This document shows, in pieces, positions 34,111 through 45,067 of a stretch of DNA of 64,000 bases (the first letter of the stretch is position 1; every line of letters starts with the position of its first letter). A program made the translations under genes and the position numbers. The notes beneath the pieces were generated by a model. The model had not been told where the DNA came from, did no database searches, and saw only the letters and a list, made by a program, of their open reading frames with translations. This DNA is from Dehalococcoidia bacterium (lineage in GTDB: Bacteria > Chloroflexota > Dehalococcoidia > Lucifugimonadales > JAGWBF01). The stretch covers positions 174,287-238,286 of the forward strand of contig OZ244780.1 of the NCBI GenBank assembly GCA_965219565.1, given 5' to 3'.

Positions 34111-35490
34111 ATGGACGATAGAGTCCGCAACTACACTGTTTCCATACACTACGACCGCCGTCTGTACCGGCAGGACATAGCCGGCTCCATAGTCCACGTG
34201 CGCATGTTGGCCAAGCAGGGCATTATCCAGGACGATGAATGCCAAAAGATAGTCTCCGGCTTGGAGACCGTCCGCACCGAAATAGAGAATGGTTCCTTCC
34301 CTTGGGACGAAGGACTTGAGGACATCCACATGAACGTGGAGTCCCGGCTGGCCCAACTAATAGGAGCGGAGACGGCGGGCCGGATGCACACGGGTCGTTC
34401 CCGCAACGACCAGATAGCCTTGGACCTGCGGATGTTCGTAAAGGACGCAATAGGAGACACGCTGGCCGGCCTGGCGCGATTGCAGGGGGCGCTGCTGGTG
34501 TTGGCCGAGTCCCACAAGGACACGCTGATGCCGGGTTACACCCACCTCCAGCGGGCGCAGCCCGTTCTTCTGGCCCACCACCTTTTGGCCTACTTCCAGA
34601 TGCTGGAGCGGGACAAGTCACGCTTTGCCGACTGCCGCAAGCGCACCGACGTTCTGCCCCTGGGCAGCGGGGCGCTGGCCGGGGTGCCGTATCCCACGGA
34701 CAGGGAGTTCCTGGCCCAAGAGTTGGGCTTCTCGGCCATAAGTGAGAACTCTATGGACGCCGTCTCCGACCGGGACTTCATCGTGGAGTACCAGTCGGCG
34801 GCTTCCATCTGCATGATGCACCTCTCAAGGCTGGCCGAGGAGCTGGCTTTGTGGACTTCCCAGGAATTCGGGTACGTCCGCCTGGCCCCGGAGTACGTCA
34901 CTGGAAGCAGCATTATGCCCCAGAAGCGGAACCCCGACTATGCCGAGCTGGCCCGGGGCAAGACGGGCCGGGTGTACGGGCATCTGGTGGGCGTTCTGAC
35001 GACCATGAAGGGCCTGCCCATGACCTACAACCGGGATCTCCAGGAGGACAAGGAAGGCCTCTTCGACACCGTGGACACGCTCCTGGCCACCCTCGACGTG
35101 TTCACCGGCATGGTCTCAACACTGGAGGTGGATGCCGAGAACATGGCTCGTGCTTCTTCCGGTGGCCACATGTTGGCCACCGACTTGGCCGACTACCTCG
35201 TGACTGAACGAGGAACGCCCTTTAGAGAAGCCCACGGCGTGGTGTCGAGCCTCTGCGACTACGCCGCGGACCATGGGAAAGGCCTCGATGAGCTTACAAT
35301 GGAGGAGCTTCACGCTTTCTCGCCCGATTTCGGAGAAGATGTGAAGAACATCACGGCCCAGAGTTCAGCGGCTGCCAGAAACGTCTACGGAGGCACAGCC
35401 CCGGCCCAGGTTCGGGACGCCTTAGACCGGGCCAGAAGCGCTCTGGCCCATGACCCCCATAGCAACCAAAGTCCAGGAGGAGAAAGTTGA
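34111..35490 (+). CDS. argH: Argininosuccinate lyase ArgH (N-terminus shortened)
   Basis: Fumarate-lyase signature GSSIMPQKRNPD. Colinear with ArgH from the SIHYDRRLYRQDIAGS region onward. Confidence 0.9.
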   Translation: MDDRVRNYTVSIHYDRRLYRQDIAGSIVHVRMLAKQGIIQDDECQKIVSGLETVRTEIENGSFPWDEGLEDIHMNVESRLAQLIGAETAGRMHTGRSRNDQIALDLRMFVKDAIGDTLAGLARLQGALLVLAESHKDTLMPGYTHLQRAQPVLLAHHLLAYFQMLERDKSRFADCRKRTDVLPLGSGALAGVPYPTDREFLAQELGFSAISENSMDAVSDRDFIVEYQSAASICMMHLSRLAEELALWTSQEFGYVRLAPEYVTGSSIMPQKRNPDYAELARGKTGRVYGHLVGVLTTMKGLPMTYNRDLQEDKEGLFDTVDTLLATLDVFTGMVSTLEVDAENMARASSGGHMLATDLADYLVTERGTPFREAHGVVSSLCDYAADHGKGLDELTMEELHAFSPDFGEDVKNITAQSSAAARNVYGGTAPAQVRDALDRARSALAHDPHSNQSPGGES

Positions 35491-36179
35491 CCGAATCCAG
35501 CAGTGCAGTAAAGTTGGCCCCGTCCATCCTCACGGCTGATTTCGCCCGCTTAGGAGAGCAGGTGGCCGAGGTGACGGCGGCAGGCGCCGACTATATCCAC
35601 GTAGACGTCATGGACGGCCATTTCGTCCCCAACATCACGATGGGCCCTATCGTCGTGGAGGGCATCAGGGCCGCGACCCACCTGCCCCTCAACGTCCATC
35701 TACAGATAGAGAAACCGGAGGAGTTCATCTCAGATTTCGTCAAGGCAGGGTCGGACCAGATTATCGTCCACAGCGAGTCGACCTATCACCTCCACCGGCT
35801 GGTGCACCAGATCAAAGACCAGGGCGCCCAGGTCGGGGTGGCCATCAACCCCGCCACCCCCTTGTCGGCTCTGGAGGAGATGCTGGTCTACGTGGACATA
35901 GCCCTCATAGGCTCGGTGAACCCTGGGTTCGGAGGGCAGAAGCTGATACCGGAAACCCTGGCAAAGACGGCGCGGTTAAAGCGGGTGCTGGCGGAGCGGG
36001 GCTATACCCCGGAGATACAAATGGACGGCGGAATCAACGCGGATACGGCGGCGGACTGTGTGCGTGCAGGGGCCACTATCCTGGTGGCGGGGTCAGCTAT
36101 ATTCAACGACCGGGAATCGGTCCAGGAAGCGATGGACAGGCTGCGCGCCAGCATTCAGGGGGTAGAGGCGAACCCCTAG
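35487..36179 (+). CDS. rpe: Ribulose-phosphate 3-epimerase
   Basis: Motifs APSILTADFARLGE and HVDVMDGHFVPNIT. TTG start with GGAGGAG upstream, overlapping the argH stop. Confidence 0.9.
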   Translation: MTESSSAVKLAPSILTADFARLGEQVAEVTAAGADYIHVDVMDGHFVPNITMGPIVVEGIRAATHLPLNVHLQIEKPEEFISDFVKAGSDQIIVHSESTYHLHRLVHQIKDQGAQVGVAINPATPLSALEEMLVYVDIALIGSVNPGFGGQKLIPETLAKTARLKRVLAERGYTPEIQMDGGINADTAADCVRAGATILVAGSAIFNDRESVQEAMDRLRASIQGVEANP

Positions 36180-36361
36180 GCCCTGGCGGGCTTGTGGAGC
36201 GTTCGCAGGCAGCGGGTGCATATCTTGACCCGCTTGTTGGTCCCGTCGATGGTCAGCGTCTGCTTGTGGACGTTGGCTAGAAACCGGGTCTTGGTCCGCC
36301 GCTTGGAGTGGCTGACGTTGTTGCCGGACATCCCGGCTTTCCCGCAGAGTTCGCACTTCAT
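36176..36361 (-). CDS. rpmB: 50S ribosomal protein L28
   Basis: MKCELCGKAGMSGNNVSHSKRRTKTRFLANV... (61 aa). The N-terminal extension of ORF 36176..36484 is a translated REP element (LRQAQGRL) and was rejected. Confidence 0.9.
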   Translation of the reverse strand: MKCELCGKAGMSGNNVSHSKRRTKTRFLANVHKQTLTIDGTNKRVKICTRCLRTLHKPARA

Positions 36362-36390
36362 GATGTTTCCTTGTTGGGGCGACCCGTACT

Positions 36391-36449
36391 CCCTCTCCCT
36401 AGCCGGGAGAGGGTGGAGCCTGCCCTGAGCTTGCCGAAGGGATGAGGGC
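36391..36449. repeat. REP-like palindromic unit
   Basis: CCCTCTCCCTAGCCGGGAGAGGGTGGAGCC followed by CTGAGCTTGCCGAAGGGATGAGGGC. Confidence 0.55.
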
Positions 36450-36516
36450 AGCAAATTGAAAACCAGCAACGTATAGGATACCATAGCCCGAAAGCTGGCA
36501 GCAAGGAAATGGGATT

Positions 36517-38184
<1,668 letters not shown>

Positions 38185-38309
38185 CGGCTGGGAGTGTTGG
38201 GTGGCGGAGGATAGAGTAACGAATCGTGCATGCGGCCCGCTGACGGGTGCGCATCCAGGTGCGGAGGCAGTGGGCGTAGGGTTGGTCTTCCCTTCCAACG
38301 CCCGGTGAA

Positions 38310-40766
38310 ATGGCTGGGCTGGATGCTGAAACTTTCCGGAAGGTCCTCCAACTGGAGGCAAGCCGGAAGTTTGACGACAAAGCCGTCGGCGGAGGCATGG
38401 ACCGCTTCCTCCAACACTGGGCAGACGACCTCCCCGCCCTGTGGGGAGGCAAGCCGCCCAATGGTTCCTATGCCCGTCTGTCCAAAGCCAAGCGCAAGGC
38501 TTGGGTTGAGGGTTGGCTGGCCAAGCTGAACGGCGCCGCCCCGGAGCCTAAAGCTCCTAGAACTCCCACGACTCCGCAGCCCCCTTATAGGGAACCCGGC
38601 GCCGAGCCGGACCCGATGCGCTCGGATGTTATAGGGGTGGTCGGCTTAGGACTGGACTCCCCCGCAAGCCGACTGCGGGGTGTCGACGTAAAGCTCTCGG
38701 CCAAGCTGAAGCGCATCGGCGTCTCTACCATCAGGGACCTGCTGTTCCTCATGCCCCGGAGGCATAACGACTTCGCCACGACAGCCAAAATCAGCGAGCT
38801 GGTCCCGGGTGTGGAGCAGACCGTAATTGCGACGGTCTGGGAGGCCAGGGAGACCTCGCTAGGCCGTAAGCTGAAAGCCGCTGAGGCCGTGTTGTCCGAC
38901 GAAACGGGCAACATCCGCGCCGTGTGGTTCGGGCAGCCATACCTGGCCCGCACCTTGAAGCCCAATACCAGGGTGGCAGTCAGCGGCAAGGTGGACATCT
39001 TCAAGGGCCAACTCCAGTTCAACTCCCCCGAGTTCGAGATACTCGACCGAGGTGACGTGTCAATTCACACCGGGAGGCTCGTCCCCGTCTATCCCTCCAC
39101 GGACGGGCTGACTCCCCGGCGAATCCGGACCATAGTATGGCAGGCCTTGGAGGAGTGGTCCGATCTGCTGGAAGACCCTTTGCCCGAGGAGATCAAGAAG
39201 CGACTAAAGCTACAGCCGCTCCATGCGGCCTTGCGCCAAGCCCACTACCCGCCGGATATGGCCGCTTTCGAATCGGCCCGAAAGCGGCTAGCCTTCGACG
39301 AGCTTTTCATGATGCAACTGGTATTGCTCACCCGCCGGAAGTCCTGGCAGGAACAAGCCGCTGGCGTATCGGTCGCCCCGCCGCCGGGGATGCTTGGCGG
39401 GTTCTTTGGCTCCCTGCCCTTCCCGCTGACCAAGGCTCAGGAACGGTGTGTGACTGAAGTAATGAATGACATGCGCAACGCCGCTCCACCCATGAACAGG
39501 CTCCTGCAGGGGGACGTGGGCAGCGGCAAGACGGTGGTGGCTCTAGCTGCTCTTCTCGCCGCCGCTGCCAGCGGCTTCCAAGGCTCCATTATGGCCCCAA
39601 CCGAAGTGTTGGCCGAGCAGCATTTCGCCACAGTGACCAAGCTGCTGGGCGGCCTCGCCTTGTCGGAGGAGAGCGAAAACCTGATTGGCGTAGAGTTGGA
39701 CGGATTCCCTAGGCCCGTGACCGTGGGGCTTATGACTGGAAGCGTCAAGGCTTCCACCAAGCGGACCCTCAGGAAGAAGGCGGCGGAGGGCAGCCTGGAC
39801 ATCCTGGTGGGCACCCACGCCATTATCCAGCAGGGTGTGGACCTTCCCAAACTGGCCTTAGCGGTGGTGGACGAGCAGCACAGGTTCGGGGTCATGCAGC
39901 GGGCGGCGTTGAGGCAAAAGGGCGAGACAAGCCCCCACCTGATCGCATTGTCGGCGACTCCCATACCCCGCACTCTGGCCCTGACCCTCTACGGCGACCT
40001 GGACGTATCAACCCTGGACGAGCTTCCCCCTGGCCGCCAGGAAGTCATGACCCGCCGCGTGCCGGAGGAACGGAGAGACGGCGCTTACGGCTTCGTCCGT
40101 AAAGAGGTCAAGAGCGGGCGTCAGGCCTTTGTGGTGTGCCCGTTGATAGAGGAGTCGGAAGCCGTGGAGGCACGGGCGGCCACGGCGGAATACGAGCGAT
40201 TGGCCACGGAGGTCTTTCCGGACCTTCGGGTGGACCTGCTCCACGGGAAGATGAGCTCGCGTCAGAAGGAACAGGTCATGTCCCGGTTCCGCGACGGGGA
40301 GACAGACGTCCTGGTTTCCACTGCCGTGGTGGAGGTGGGCATCGACGTTCCCAACGCAACGGTCATGCTGGTGGAGGCGGCCCATAGGTTCGGCGTGGCC
40401 CAGCTGCACCAGTTCCGGGGACGTGTAGGCCGGGGTGAGCACAAGAGCTACTGCCTTCTGCTGGCCGATGTCTCCACCGCCGATGCAAACCAGCGTCTAG
40501 CAGCCGTAGAACGCATTCACGACGGGTTCCGGCTGGCCGAAGTTGACCTGGAAATTAGAGGGCCTGGCGACGCATTTGGCACCCGCCAGAGCGGCCTTCC
40601 AGACCTGCGTGTGGCCCGCCCTTCAGACAGGGATCTTCTCCAGGCCGCCCGCACCGAGGCCGCCAGGCTCCTGGACGAAGACCCGGACCTCCAAGCCCCC
40701 GACCACGCCCTCCTAGCCGCGGCCGCCGCCAAGTTCATGGCCGACGTCGGCACCGACGCCAGCTAG
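38310..40766 (+). CDS. recG: ATP-dependent DNA helicase RecG (with N-terminal extension)
   Basis: Motifs GDVGSGKT, VVDEQHRFGV and QLHQFRGRVGRG, plus a wedge/OB region. Confidence 0.9.
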   Translation: MAGLDAETFRKVLQLEASRKFDDKAVGGGMDRFLQHWADDLPALWGGKPPNGSYARLSKAKRKAWVEGWLAKLNGAAPEPKAPRTPTTPQPPYREPGAEPDPMRSDVIGVVGLGLDSPASRLRGVDVKLSAKLKRIGVSTIRDLLFLMPRRHNDFATTAKISELVPGVEQTVIATVWEARETSLGRKLKAAEAVLSDETGNIRAVWFGQPYLARTLKPNTRVAVSGKVDIFKGQLQFNSPEFEILDRGDVSIHTGRLVPVYPSTDGLTPRRIRTIVWQALEEWSDLLEDPLPEEIKKRLKLQPLHAALRQAHYPPDMAAFESARKRLAFDELFMMQLVLLTRRKSWQEQAAGVSVAPPPGMLGGFFGSLPFPLTKAQERCVTEVMNDMRNAAPPMNRLLQGDVGSGKTVVALAALLAAAASGFQGSIMAPTEVLAEQHFATVTKLLGGLALSEESENLIGVELDGFPRPVTVGLMTGSVKASTKRTLRKKAAEGSLDILVGTHAIIQQGVDLPKLALAVVDEQHRFGVMQRAALRQKGETSPHLIALSATPIPRTLALTLYGDLDVSTLDELPPGRQEVMTRRVPEERRDGAYGFVRKEVKSGRQAFVVCPLIEESEAVEARAATAEYERLATEVFPDLRVDLLHGKMSSRQKEQVMSRFRDGETDVLVSTAVVEVGIDVPNATVMLVEAAHRFGVAQLHQFRGRVGRGEHKSYCLLLADVSTADANQRLAAVERIHDGFRLAEVDLEIRGPGDAFGTRQSGLPDLRVARPSDRDLLQAARTEAARLLDEDPDLQAPDHALLAAAAAKFMADVGTDAS

Positions 40767-40854
40767 CCCATGGTGCCTGGAAGTTGTTCGGCTATGCCAA
40801 GCGTGAAGGGGATCCCTCTGGCGTTTCCGTATCGTTTAGGGTGATGAAGGTCAT

Positions 40855-41745
40855 ATGATGGCCAAAGAACCAAGAAGACGATCGTACCCCACTGCGTATA
40901 GCGTGTTCCGCACCAAAGAAGTTGAGGGTGATATTGAACTATGGCGCGTTGAGGTGCGTAAGGTTCCTTTGCAACCCGGCACGTCTGTTTTAGTCAGCAT
41001 CATGCCGATTTCGTCTCCAAAACCCAGGGGGCCCATCAATACAGAACCTGGAAGGCGAAAGCCCCCTAGCAAGTCGCCTAAGTGGACAAAAGAACGGAAC
41101 TACCTTATCCGAAGTCTTTATGGGCCACGACGTTTGCCTAATAAGGGTGATGGTACGTCTGAGCGGGAATTGAGGCGCAACTGTTTGCCAGTGTGCATCC
41201 CTGCTAATTTGGACTACGGGTTGTTTGAATATTGCTTAGTTTGGTGCGGAGCCTTGGACGGAGGGGGTTACGGCGTTGTAAAAGGCGAAAAGGTTCATCG
41301 GCTGGCCTATGCATACGCTAACGGTGTGGACCTCGAAAAGAGCCATACCGTCAATCATTTGTGCCATCGGCCTTATTGTATCCAACCGGGGCATCTGTAC
41401 ATTGGAACACCCGGTGATAACGCACTGGATAGGGATGTGAAGTTGAAGGGGAAACTCCGGCCGGACTGGCTAACTGTTGTTGAGGGGCCATCTGAAAACC
41501 TTGTATCGAGCTTAGCGGACACTGTAAGACACCAAGGCAGACCGCTTTTGGAGTATGCAGGGCAGATGAAACGGTTGTCTCTTGACGCTGCCTCAACTGC
41601 GTGGGAACACAATGAACCCGCACAGGGCCCACTGCTCCTGTCAGTTATGCCGGAGCAGTGCCCTGAACACTCATTTCGAATACAAAGCGGCAACGACTGG
41701 ATTTGCTCGCTTTGCAATATTATTCGTGGTGATGCTGTAGAATAG
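40855..41745 (+). CDS. Free-standing HNH endonuclease (phage/homing type) with basic N-terminal region
   Basis: CLVWCGALDGGGYGVV...HRLAY...HTVNHLCHRPYCIQPGHLYIGTPGDNALD. Hand-counted GC is about 47-50% against about 62% in the flanks. Confidence 0.75.
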   Translation: MMAKEPRRRSYPTAYSVFRTKEVEGDIELWRVEVRKVPLQPGTSVLVSIMPISSPKPRGPINTEPGRRKPPSKSPKWTKERNYLIRSLYGPRRLPNKGDGTSERELRRNCLPVCIPANLDYGLFEYCLVWCGALDGGGYGVVKGEKVHRLAYAYANGVDLEKSHTVNHLCHRPYCIQPGHLYIGTPGDNALDRDVKLKGKLRPDWLTVVEGPSENLVSSLADTVRHQGRPLLEYAGQMKRLSLDAASTAWEHNEPAQGPLLLSVMPEQCPEHSFRIQSGNDWICSLCNIIRGDAVE

Positions 41746-41912
41746 GCGAGTTCTACGAAGGCTGAGCTAAGAGAAAAGGCTGCCTAAACTGGCATCACCC
41801 GGAACGAAACGCCCCTGTACAACCGTTTGACGCCTCTGGGGGCGTGAAGTAGAATTATGCCCCTTATCGCAGCGGATGCAGGCGGCGCTCTAGTCAGTAA
41901 GGAGGCCCTGGA

Positions 41913-42311
41913 ATGTTCAAGAACGTTCACCACGTCCACTACGCTGTCCACAATCGGGACGACATGGTGGCCTATATCGAAGAGAACTTCGGCCTCAAGC
42001 CTGAAAAGCTGGAAGACCTGGGAGACATGGGGAAAGACGCCCTCTACAAAGTCGGCCCCACAATGATTGAAATAACCGAGCCCGGCGACCCCAATAGCGG
42101 GCTGGCCCAGTTCCTGCAGAAGAATGGGCCGGGCGTGTACCATGTGTCCTGGGCCGTTGACAACATCCGGGAAGTGTCCGCAGGCCTGGCCGCAAAGGGC
42201 AACAAGATGAGGGGTGAGGGCGGAGTCACCAACAGCCCGCGGGGCTACCTGGCCGCCAACATCGAACCTGAGTCGTCCCTGGGCCTCTGGTTCCAGATGT
42301 CCGAGGGATAG
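41913..42311 (+). CDS. VOC/glyoxalase-fold protein (methylmalonyl-CoA epimerase-like)
   Basis: 132 aa with VHHVHYAV...IEITEP...GPGVYHVSWAV. Confidence 0.7.
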   Translation: MFKNVHHVHYAVHNRDDMVAYIEENFGLKPEKLEDLGDMGKDALYKVGPTMIEITEPGDPNSGLAQFLQKNGPGVYHVSWAVDNIREVSAGLAAKGNKMRGEGGVTNSPRGYLAANIEPESSLGLWFQMSEG

Positions 42312-42339
42312 GCCAACCTCTGTCAGGTTGCATACAGAC

Positions 42340-44022
42340 ATGCCTGCCGCGCCAGTCCACCGAGACCTCATCGTCGAGAAAGTCCGCACCGCCCTGGCGG
42401 AAGCCCGCGATGCGGGTGTCCTCAACTTGGAGACGCTGCCCGACATCGCCGTCGAGCGTCCCGCAAACCCTGAAAATGGAGATTTCGCCACCAGCCTGCC
42501 TCTGCGGCTGGCCAAGTCCCATCGCGTAAACCCGCTGAAAATCGCCGAGGAGATCGCATCTCGTATAGATACAGGCCGAGAGGTGAAGGAAGTGTGGGCC
42601 GCGCCTCCCGGCTTCGTCAACTTCCGCCTTGACGATGCGTGGTTAATCTCCCAGATCGAGTCCATCCTTCAGGACGGGAACGACTACGGTAAGTGCACCG
42701 TTGGCCAAGGCCGGAAGGTCCTCATAGAGTTTGTCAGCGTGAACCCCACGGGTCCCGTCCACGTTGGCCACACCCGAGGCGCCGTCCTAGGCTCCAGCCT
42801 TGCCTCCGTGATGGAAGCGGCGGGGTACGACTTGACCACGGAGTATTACGTCAACGACGCGGGAAGCCAGATGGAGAATTTCTACGCGTCCGTCCTGTCC
42901 AGGTACGAGGAAGTCCTAGGCAAGGTTTCGGAGTTTCCGGCCAACGGCTACCGGGGAGATTATGTGAGGGACCTGGCCCAGGAGATAGTGGACGAGCACG
43001 GCGACAGCTTCCTCTCGATGCCGAGGGACGAGGCCATCCACCAAATTGGAGCTATAAGCCGCGAAAAGATGATCGCCCTCATCAAAGACGACCTGGAACA
43101 AATCGGTGTGCGTTTCGACAACTGGTTTTCCGAAGGGACCCTGTTCGACGGCGGGGAATACGACGCTGTGATGGAGCTTCTCAAAGACGGTGGCCACGTC
43201 GTCGAACGGGAAGGCGCCCAGTGGTTCAACTCCACTGCCCTGGGCGAGGACAAGGACAACGTGCTGGTCAGGTCAACCGGAGCGCCGACCTACTTCGCAT
43301 CCGACATCGCCTACCACCACAACAAGTTCCAGGGACGAGGGTTCGACCAGTGCATCAACATCTGGGGCGCCGACCACCAGGGGCACGTGCCCAGGGTTAA
43401 AGCCGCCGTGTCAGCCCTTGGAGTGGAGCCGGAACGACTGACTGTGATGATTTCCCAGATGGTGACGCTGAAGCGGGGCAGCGAGGTGGTACGGGCCTCA
43501 AAGCGCACGGGGGATTTCGTCACCTTGCGGGAACTGGTGGACGAGGTGGGGGCAGATGCCTGCCGCTACTTCTTCCTGGCGCGCACTCCGTCCACTCAGA
43601 TGGAGTTCGACTTGGAGCTTGCCAAGAAGGAGTCCGTGGACAACCCTGTGTATTACGTCCAGTACGGGTATGCACGGATAGCCGGAATCCTGCGCAACGC
43701 TGTGGAGCAGGGAATCGATTGGAGCGGTGGAGACGTGTCGCTGCTCACCCATGAGAGCGAACTGGCCCTGGTGCGGAAGATGACCCATCTGCCAGAGCTG
43801 GTGGAGACGATGGCCCGCAACCTGGAACCCCACCACCTGACCTATTACGCGACGGAGCTTGCCACGGCCTTTCACTGGTTCTATGACAATTGTCGTGTGC
43901 TGTCCAGTGACCCCGCCGATCGGGAGCTAACGCTGGCTCGGCTGAAGCTGGTGGATGCGGCCAGGACTGTCCTCTCCCGAACCCTGGCCCTCATGGGAAT
44001 GCAGACCCCCGACCGTATGTAG
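42340..44022 (+). CDS. argS: Arginine--tRNA ligase
   Basis: ATG at 42340. The 42214 start overlaps the VOC gene and was rejected. HIGH-type NPTGPVHVGHTRG and the C-terminal DALR anticodon-binding region are present. Confidence 0.9.
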   Translation: MPAAPVHRDLIVEKVRTALAEARDAGVLNLETLPDIAVERPANPENGDFATSLPLRLAKSHRVNPLKIAEEIASRIDTGREVKEVWAAPPGFVNFRLDDAWLISQIESILQDGNDYGKCTVGQGRKVLIEFVSVNPTGPVHVGHTRGAVLGSSLASVMEAAGYDLTTEYYVNDAGSQMENFYASVLSRYEEVLGKVSEFPANGYRGDYVRDLAQEIVDEHGDSFLSMPRDEAIHQIGAISREKMIALIKDDLEQIGVRFDNWFSEGTLFDGGEYDAVMELLKDGGHVVEREGAQWFNSTALGEDKDNVLVRSTGAPTYFASDIAYHHNKFQGRGFDQCINIWGADHQGHVPRVKAAVSALGVEPERLTVMISQMVTLKRGSEVVRASKRTGDFVTLRELVDEVGADACRYFFLARTPSTQMEFDLELAKKESVDNPVYYVQYGYARIAGILRNAVEQGIDWSGGDVSLLTHESELALVRKMTHLPELVETMARNLEPHHLTYYATELATAFHWFYDNCRVLSSDPADRELTLARLKLVDAARTVLSRTLALMGMQTPDRM

Positions 44023-44024
44023 AC

Positions 44025-44804
44025 CTATACCGCCATGATGTGGTATCCGGCGTCCACGGGGATTATGGAGCCGGTTATCCCCGACGCCAACTCGCTGCAT
44101 AGGAACAGCGCCGTCGCCGCCACCTCTTCCCTGGTTATGTTGCGCTTGAGGGGGGCCTTTTCCTGGTGCATCTTCTTCATATCGAGAAATCCGTGAATTC
44201 CCCTGGCCGCCAGGGTGTCCAGTGGCCCCGCGGAGATGGCGTTTACACGGACGTTCCGGTCCCCGTACTCCGCCGCCAGTTGCTTCACCTCGTTCTCCAG
44301 GGCGGCTTTGGCCGTGCCCATGATGTTGTAACCGGGGAACACCCTGTCCGATGCCTGGAAAGTGAGCGTAACTACGCTGCCGCCGCTGGACTGTTCCATC
44401 AGCGGCCCCGCATAGCGCACCAGGGGTATCAGCGAATAGGCTGAGATGTCCAACGCGAGGCGGAAGCCCTCCCGCCCCGTTTCGGAAAACTCCCCTCCCA
44501 GGTCTTCCCTGTTGGCGAAGGCGATGCTGTGGACCAGGAAGTCCAGCCCGCCGAAGCCGTCTCCCACCTGCTGCACAGCCGACTCTATGTTGGAGTCTTC
44601 GCTCACGTCGCACTCCAGGAGAAGGGGGTCTTCCAGCGAGGCTGCCAGCTTTTCCACCCGGTCTTTCAGACGCTCGTTTTGGTAGGTCAGGGCCAATCTC
44701 GCTCCGGCCTGTCCCAGCATTTCTGCTATGGCCCAGGCGATGCTCCGGTTGTTGGCCACGCCGAGGACCAGGCCCTTCTTCCCCGATAGATCAATGGCGT
44801 ACAT
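44025..44804 (-). CDS. fabI: Enoyl-ACP reductase [NADH] FabI
   Basis: MYAIDLSGKKGLVLGVANNRSIAWAIA..., with Tyr/Lys active-site spacing. ATG at 44804. Confidence 0.88.
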   Translation of the reverse strand: MYAIDLSGKKGLVLGVANNRSIAWAIAEMLGQAGARLALTYQNERLKDRVEKLAASLEDPLLLECDVSEDSNIESAVQQVGDGFGGLDFLVHSIAFANREDLGGEFSETGREGFRLALDISAYSLIPLVRYAGPLMEQSSGGSVVTLTFQASDRVFPGYNIMGTAKAALENEVKQLAAEYGDRNVRVNAISAGPLDTLAARGIHGFLDMKKMHQEKAPLKRNITREEVAATALFLCSELASGITGSIIPVDAGYHIMAV

Positions 44805-44890
44805 CCCGACATCTCCCTTGGTTTCGATGCGCAGCGCCCGTGCGGGCGGCGCCCAACAGTATACCACCGTGGGAACGGTGTCTTTTCGAT

Positions 44891-45017
44891 GTCATTCTGA
44901 GGAGCGCAGCGACGAAGAATCTAAAGTGCTCCGTTGCAACCATTGTGACAGCGCATGTACGAGGTTCTCAATGGAGGATTTCAGATTCTCCACTCCTGTT
45001 CGCTGCGTTCAGAATGG
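44891..45017. repeat. MITE-like imperfect inverted-repeat element
   Basis: GTCATTCTGAGGAGCGCAGCGACGAAGAATCT pairs with AGATTCTCCACTCCTGTTCGCTGCGTTCAGAATGGA around a ~60-nt loop. Confidence 0.5.
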
Positions 45018-45067
45018 AGCGATAGTGACGGGGTTGGACTTGGGAAAGGGGAATCGAGGAGGGAATG

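Noticed and set aside
40810-41850. Target-site duplication around the HNH gene (GCGTGAAG on both sides).
   Set aside because: A single 8-mer match is compatible with chance in 64 kb of GC-rich DNA.
42214-42339. Upstream start for argS.
   Set aside because: It overlaps the VOC gene by 98 nt and encodes Arg/Ser/Pro-rich sequence. The ATG at 42340 gives a normal ArgS N-terminus.
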